A program made the position numbers and the translations under genes. This document shows positions 30,093 through 34,212 of a DNA stretch of 34,212 bases, one piece after another. A model generated the notes under the pieces. The model was not told the origin of the DNA and searched no databases. It was given only the letters and a program-made list of their open reading frames with translations. The stretch lies in contig JAPDJO010000045.1 in the NCBI GenBank assembly GCA_029259115.1, positions 1 through 34,212 of the forward strand, in the 5' to 3' direction. The DNA comes from Thermoplasmatota archaeon (lineage in GTDB: Archaea > Thermoplasmatota > E2 > DHVEG-1 > B18-G2). Each line of letters starts with the position of its first letter. Positions within the stretch are counted from its first letter, which is position 1.

Positions 30093-30599
30093 TCAAAACT
30101 CTATACCTTCAACAGCATCTACACTTGATCTTTTTACTTCTTTCATTTCTGTTACAATATCTGCCAACTCTATTAGCTTTTCATCAGCATATCTTCCTGT
30201 TAGAATCAGGTTTGTTTCCTCGGGTTTCGATTTTATCAGATCTATGACATCCTCAATTGGTATCAAGTTTGTATGACAAGCTATGTTTATCTCATCCAAG
30301 ATCAACAGGAAAGGCTTCTCCTTCAATTTTTCCTTTGCAAAGTTTAATGCTTCCCTTGCCAACCTTTTATCCTCATCATCGGGATTTGATAGATCAACAA
30401 AATCCTTTCTTCCAAACTGATGGATTTCATAGTTTGGGAGCACATCCTTTATAAGGTATTCTCCGGTATCTTTCCTTCCTTTCATGAATTGGATTATAAC
30501 AACTCTTTTACCATGGGCTATACTTCTAAGTGCTACTCCTAAGGAAGCTGTGGTTTTTCCTTGAGCTTCACCGGTATAAACAATAACTCTGCCCTTCAT
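30093..30599 (-). CDS. cobO: Cob(I)alamin adenosyltransferase (CobO/BtuR type)
   Basis: YTG..GKTTASLG.ALR, IQFMKG, GE, LILDEI, LILTGR, ADIVTEM, GIEF. Confidence 0.92.
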   Translation of the reverse strand: MKGRVIVYTGEAQGKTTASLGVALRSIAHGKRVVIIQFMKGRKDTGEYLIKDVLPNYEIHQFGRKDFVDLSNPDDEDKRLAREALNFAKEKLKEKPFLLILDEINIACHTNLIPIEDVIDLIKSKPEETNLILTGRYADEKLIELADIVTEMKEVKRSSVDAVEGIEF

Positions 30600-30603
30600 C
30601 CTA

Positions 30604-33246
30604 TCATGCTATTATGCATTCATTCCATCCACATTCCTTGCACACTAGACAGTTTCCTTCGTGAACCAGATATACACTTCCGCAAATTGGGCATCTTTCT
30701 ATTTCATCGCTTTTTCTAGATGGTGTTTTTTCTATTTCCAGCCTATCTTCAGTTGATATTATCGGAGGTTTCGCTTCGATCTCCTTCTCTCCCTCGCTTA
30801 TCTTTATGTATTTCTTCATCCACTTATTCTTCTCCAAGATCTCTTTCAGCCACTTCATCGCAAACTTGGAAGGTTTAGCCTTAACCTTTCTCTCCTTGCT
30901 TGATGGTACGCTCAAAACTTGTTTGCTCTTTGATCCATCTCTATAGACTGTAACTCCTTTGCAACCCATCGCATGCGCTATCAGATATGCCTGCTTAACA
31001 TCCTCAACGCTTACATCGTTGGGCATGTTTATTGTTTTTGATATCGAATCTGTCGTAGCTCTCTGCAAGACTGCTTGCGCAACCAAATGATCCAGCCAGT
31101 GTATATCATAGGCTGTGACAAAAACCTCCTTTATATCCTTGGGTATCTCATCTATACCTTGGACACTTCCATAGTTTTCTGCGATCTTCTTCAGTATCTC
31201 ATCGCTGTATAATCCCTTCTCCTTCAGCTTCTCCTCAAATACAGGATCAACATAGAAGAAGGATCCTGCGGTTACTTTTTTCTCATAGACGAGAGCAAAT
31301 ATTGGTTCTATTCCATTACTTGTATCTGCAATCATAGATATTGAGCCTGTCGGCGCCATCGTAGTAACCATCGCATTTCTCACTCCATACTTCCTGATCT
31401 GGTTCACTATTTTATCCCAGTCGAGGGTCCATAGCTCTCTGTGGTAGTAAAGATCTATGGGTAATTTACCTTCAGGATAATCGCTCTCGTTGAACAGAGG
31501 GAATGGACCTCTCTCCTGAGATAGTTTTATGGATTCTTCGTATGCATGATAGGTTAAATGCTCAGCCAATTTTCCCATGAACTCAAAACCTTTCTCAGAG
31601 TTATATCTTATTCCTAATTTGAAGAGGAGATCCGCAAGTCCCATGATTCCTAGACCTATCCTTCTCGTCTCCTTTGTCGCTTTATCTATCGCCTTTATTG
31701 GATAGTTGTTTATTGTTATAAGATTGTCAAGAGCTCTTGTTACAAGATGAACAACCTCTCTAAATCTATCCCAGTCAAACTTTGCTTCTCCATCCTCGAT
31801 CTTAACGAACTTGGCAACGTTTATACTTGCAAGGTTGCAGGATTCATAGGGATAGAGAGGCTCCTCTCCACACGGATTTGTAACCCTTATGGGACCATTT
31901 CTCGCATTTATTAGGACATTTCTTCTGTTTATGTTGTCAAAGAATAGCACCCCTGGATCTGCAGATAGCCATGCATGATATGCTATGGAGTGAAAGAGAG
32001 TATTTGCATTCACCTCCTTCCAAACCTTCCTTGTTCTTGGATTTATGAGAGGATAGTTTGCATTGTTAGCCAGATATTCCCAAAAATCATCCCATATGCC
32101 AACAGAGATGTTGAAATTCTCTAACACTCCTTCTCTCTCCTTGGCTGATATGAATTTCTCTACATCTGGATGCCATATCTCTAGAATGCCCATATTTGCT
32201 CCTCTTCTCACTCCTCCCTGTTTTACCACATCAGATACTGTATCGATTATCTTCATGAAAGAAACTGGTCCAGAAGCCTTTCCCATAGTTGATCTCACTA
32301 TATCTCCTTCTGGTCTTATCTTGGAGAAGTTTATTCCAGTGCCTCCGCCTGCCTTTTGTATTAAAGCTACTTCCTTGGCGGTTTCCATTATTGATTCTAT
32401 GCTGTCATCAACATCCAGGGTAAAACATGCTGAGAGCATTCCTAATCTTCTTCCAGCATTTACTAAGGTTGGGGTATTTGGAAGAAAGACTTGATTTATC
32501 ATCAGATCAAAGTATTTGTCCGCTAATTTCTCATATTTATCAAAAGCCCCGCTTTTTAGCATTGCCATCAATTCATCAAAGCTAACTTTCATCTTTCCTT
32601 CATTTGCAAGCTCCTCGTAAGCAGCTATGAATCTCTCTAGGTGCCATTTCGTCAATTGATACTTTCCTATGCTTATTTTCTTATCTAGGGCATCGAGATT
32701 GCTGAGATAAGAGGATAAGGCTATTGGGGGTTTGTAACCGCCATCTTTACTGTAAATTCTCTCGTCATACAGTATCTCTGGCAGAACCATCGTTATAGCT
32801 ACTCTCTGGAACAACTCTCTCGGAGATTCGATGACGTTTCCATCTTCATCCTTTATGAGATATCTGAATGCCAATACTCTAAGTGCATTTACACTAAATC
32901 TCTTGTCTATATCGTCTAGTTTATCCTTATTCAGTATCCTCTTCTTCTCCTCTCTTATCTCAGCCTTTTTCTGTCTGTAAAGAATGTAAGCTTTAGCAGT
33001 CTTGGCATGACCATGTTCTATCAAAACCTTCTCAACGATATCTTGGATCTCCTCTACCGTAGGTATCTTCTTTTCTCCATATCTTTTCTCGAGTTCCTTT
33101 ACAACCTGATCTGAGAGAAACTTTGCTCTTTCCCTATCCTTTCCTCCAACCGCTAGTACCGCTTTGAAGATCGCATTTGTTATCTTCTCCTGATCAAAGT
33201 CAACTATCCTTCCATCTCTTTTCTCTATCTTAGTTATTTTTACCAT
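30604..33246 (-). CDS. nrdJ: Adenosylcobalamin-dependent (class II) ribonucleotide reductase with ATP cone
   Basis: ATP cone (KRDGRIVDFD.EKI..AI), PNTPTLVNAG, LSACF, GGGTG, QGGVRRGANM, TNPCGEEPL, RRIGLGIMG, APTGSIS, SKTINMP, YRDGS, C-terminal Cys-rich tail. Confidence 0.96.
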   Translation of the reverse strand: MVKITKIEKRDGRIVDFDQEKITNAIFKAVLAVGGKDRERAKFLSDQVVKELEKRYGEKKIPTVEEIQDIVEKVLIEHGHAKTAKAYILYRQKKAEIREEKKRILNKDKLDDIDKRFSVNALRVLAFRYLIKDEDGNVIESPRELFQRVAITMVLPEILYDERIYSKDGGYKPPIALSSYLSNLDALDKKISIGKYQLTKWHLERFIAAYEELANEGKMKVSFDELMAMLKSGAFDKYEKLADKYFDLMINQVFLPNTPTLVNAGRRLGMLSACFTLDVDDSIESIMETAKEVALIQKAGGGTGINFSKIRPEGDIVRSTMGKASGPVSFMKIIDTVSDVVKQGGVRRGANMGILEIWHPDVEKFISAKEREGVLENFNISVGIWDDFWEYLANNANYPLINPRTRKVWKEVNANTLFHSIAYHAWLSADPGVLFFDNINRRNVLINARNGPIRVTNPCGEEPLYPYESCNLASINVAKFVKIEDGEAKFDWDRFREVVHLVTRALDNLITINNYPIKAIDKATKETRRIGLGIMGLADLLFKLGIRYNSEKGFEFMGKLAEHLTYHAYEESIKLSQERGPFPLFNESDYPEGKLPIDLYYHRELWTLDWDKIVNQIRKYGVRNAMVTTMAPTGSISMIADTSNGIEPIFALVYEKKVTAGSFFYVDPVFEEKLKEKGLYSDEILKKIAENYGSVQGIDEIPKDIKEVFVTAYDIHWLDHLVAQAVLQRATTDSISKTINMPNDVSVEDVKQAYLIAHAMGCKGVTVYRDGSKSKQVLSVPSSKERKVKAKPSKFAMKWLKEILEKNKWMKKYIKISEGEKEIEAKPPIISTEDRLEIEKTPSRKSDEIERCPICGSVYLVHEGNCLVCKECGWNECIIA

Positions 33247-33264
33247 AACCGATCCCCTATGTTT

Positions 33265-33326
33265 TTGTCAGAACTCAAGATCCTCATCATAGCCAGAGGC
33301 TCAGTGAGGGTTCGCTCATCATCCGA
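33265..33326 (-). ncRNA. Box C/D methylation-guide sRNA; D guide predicted to direct Cm34 of tRNA-Leu(CAA)
   Basis: Minus strand: C box ATGATGA (33322-33316), 11-nt guide GCGAACCCTCA, D' box CTGA (33304-33301), spacer GCCTCTGGCT, C' box ATGATGA (33290-33284), 12-nt guide GGATCTTGAGTT, D box CTGA (33271-33268). All four boxes are perfect with canonical spacing. The 5' and 3' ends are approximate. Confidence 0.92.
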
Positions 33327-33345
33327 TAGAGCATAGCATTCATGG

Positions 33346-33360
33346 ATATAAAGCTTCTTT
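33346..33360 (-). promoter_or_regulatory. TATA box for the C/D sRNA (and probably nrdJ)
   Basis: Minus strand AAAGAAGC-TTTATAT (TATA at 33352-33346), ending 23 nt upstream of the C box. Confidence 0.65.
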
Positions 33361-34212
33361 ATCCCATAAATTTCCATATCGTACCTCTCCATATTCTCCT
33401 AGCCTCGTTCACATCTATGGAGATCAATTCCTTTCCCCTGCCCAAGAATTTTATCTCTTTCCCTACTGTTTTCCCTGTCATTTGGAATGGTACTTTATGA
33501 TGGGAAAGGACTCTTTCAACCTCCTCTCTGTTTTTACCCTCAACCTCTATTATCCACCTAGTGTTACTCTCCGAGAACAGCTTGAAATCATCCCTTAGAT
33601 TTTCGTTGATTCCATCTAGACTTATCTCCACTCCAATATCTCCACCTATGGAGCTTTCTGCTATCGCTATAGCTAATCCGCCATCACTTAGATCATGACA
33701 GCTTTTTATTTTACCGTTCCATATAAGCTCAAGCAAGGCATCCATACTTCTCTTCAAAAGCTCAACGTCTACTCTTGGTACTTTACCTCCTTTTAAACCC
33801 ATCACCCTGTAATACTCTGAACCACCCATTTCCCTCTCTGTTTCTCCCACAAGATAGATGTAGTTCCCATCCTCCTTGAAGTCAGAGGTTACGCATTTCC
33901 TTATATCAGGAACAATGCCTATCCCCGTTATCTGCGGCGTCGGCGGTATCGCTCCTGCTGCACTTTCATTGTAAAAACTCACGTTTCCGGAAATGAATGG
34001 TAATCCCAAAGCTTTTGCAACATCTGCAAGACCTCTACAAACCTCGTAGAAATCACCCATCACCTCTGGCTTTTCCGGATTGCCAAAGTTCAAACAATCC
34101 AGCAAACTATCGGGCTTCGCTCCAGCTGCTACGAGATTTCTGCACACTTCATCAACTGCAGAGCATGCGCCCCAGTATGGATTGAGTTCCGTGAATTTTG
34201 GGTTTATATCAG
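33359..34212 (-). CDS. purL: Phosphoribosylformylglycinamidine synthase subunit PurL, 3' part (runs off the window edge)
   Basis: Frame open to the edge (DINPKFTELNPYWGACSAVDEVCRNL...); DCLNFGNPEKPE, SGNVSFYNE, HDLSDGGL, LFSES. Confidence 0.95.
   Translation of the reverse strand, partial: DINPKFTELNPYWGACSAVDEVCRNLVAAGAKPDSLLDCLNFGNPEKPEVMGDFYEVCRGLADVAKALGLPFISGNVSFYNESAAGAIPPTPQITGIGIVPDIRKCVTSDFKEDGNYIYLVGETEREMGGSEYYRVMGLKGGKVPRVDVELLKRSMDALLELIWNGKIKSCHDLSDGGLAIAIAESSIGGDIGVEISLDGINENLRDDFKLFSESNTRWIIEVEGKNREEVERVLSHHKVPFQMTGKTVGKEIKFLGRGKELISIDVNEARRIWRGTIWKFMG

Noticed and set aside
25962-33246. Inteins in reverse gyrase or NrdJ
   Set aside because: Lengths are normal and conserved motifs are contiguous; no intein splice-junction or LAGLIDADG blocks were seen.
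33272-33315. tRNA-like fragments on the plus strand (ACTCAAGATCC, GAGGGTTCG) suggesting a tRNA gene or att site
   Set aside because: No cloverleaf or acceptor stem. They are the complements of the two guides of the minus-strand C/D sRNA.
33247-33358. Cobalamin riboswitch upstream of nrdJ-cobO
   Set aside because: Too short, no B12-box consensus, and fully explained by TATA, C/D sRNA and SD.

Overview
Gene-dense, AT-rich archaeal chromosomal window. GatD, Alba, Nmd3, archaeosortase, Trm1 and archaeal TyrS mark it as archaeal, and reverse gyrase points to a thermophile; Thermoplasmata or another euryarchaeote is my guess only. It is mostly housekeeping: the 3' end of an Fpg/Nei-type glycosylase, truA, gatD, iorA-iorB-nmd3-hypC-hypD, thiDN, a small Cys-rich protein, alba, gdhA-nfnS-nfnL, an orphan membrane protein, a long minus-strand run (NTPase-trm1-purN-folC-orf-folP-purB-tyrS), a GGPP synthase converging on artA-psd-pssA, a KaiC-like ATPase/HTH protein/reverse gyrase operon, nrdJ-cobO-trxB, and the 3' part of purL. 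I saw no mobile elements, CRISPR arrays, tRNAs or rRNAs. Three signals stand out. (1) A canonical C/D box guide sRNA, absent from the ORF track, lies directly upstream of nrdJ; its D guide predicts Cm34 of tRNA-Leu(CAA). (2) A stand-alone ORF between folC and folP resembles the flavin-dependent dihydropteroate-reductase segment that is normally fused to FolP. (3) The KaiC-HTH-reverse gyrase genes appear translationally coupled. All family calls are by-eye motif recognition; no searches were run.
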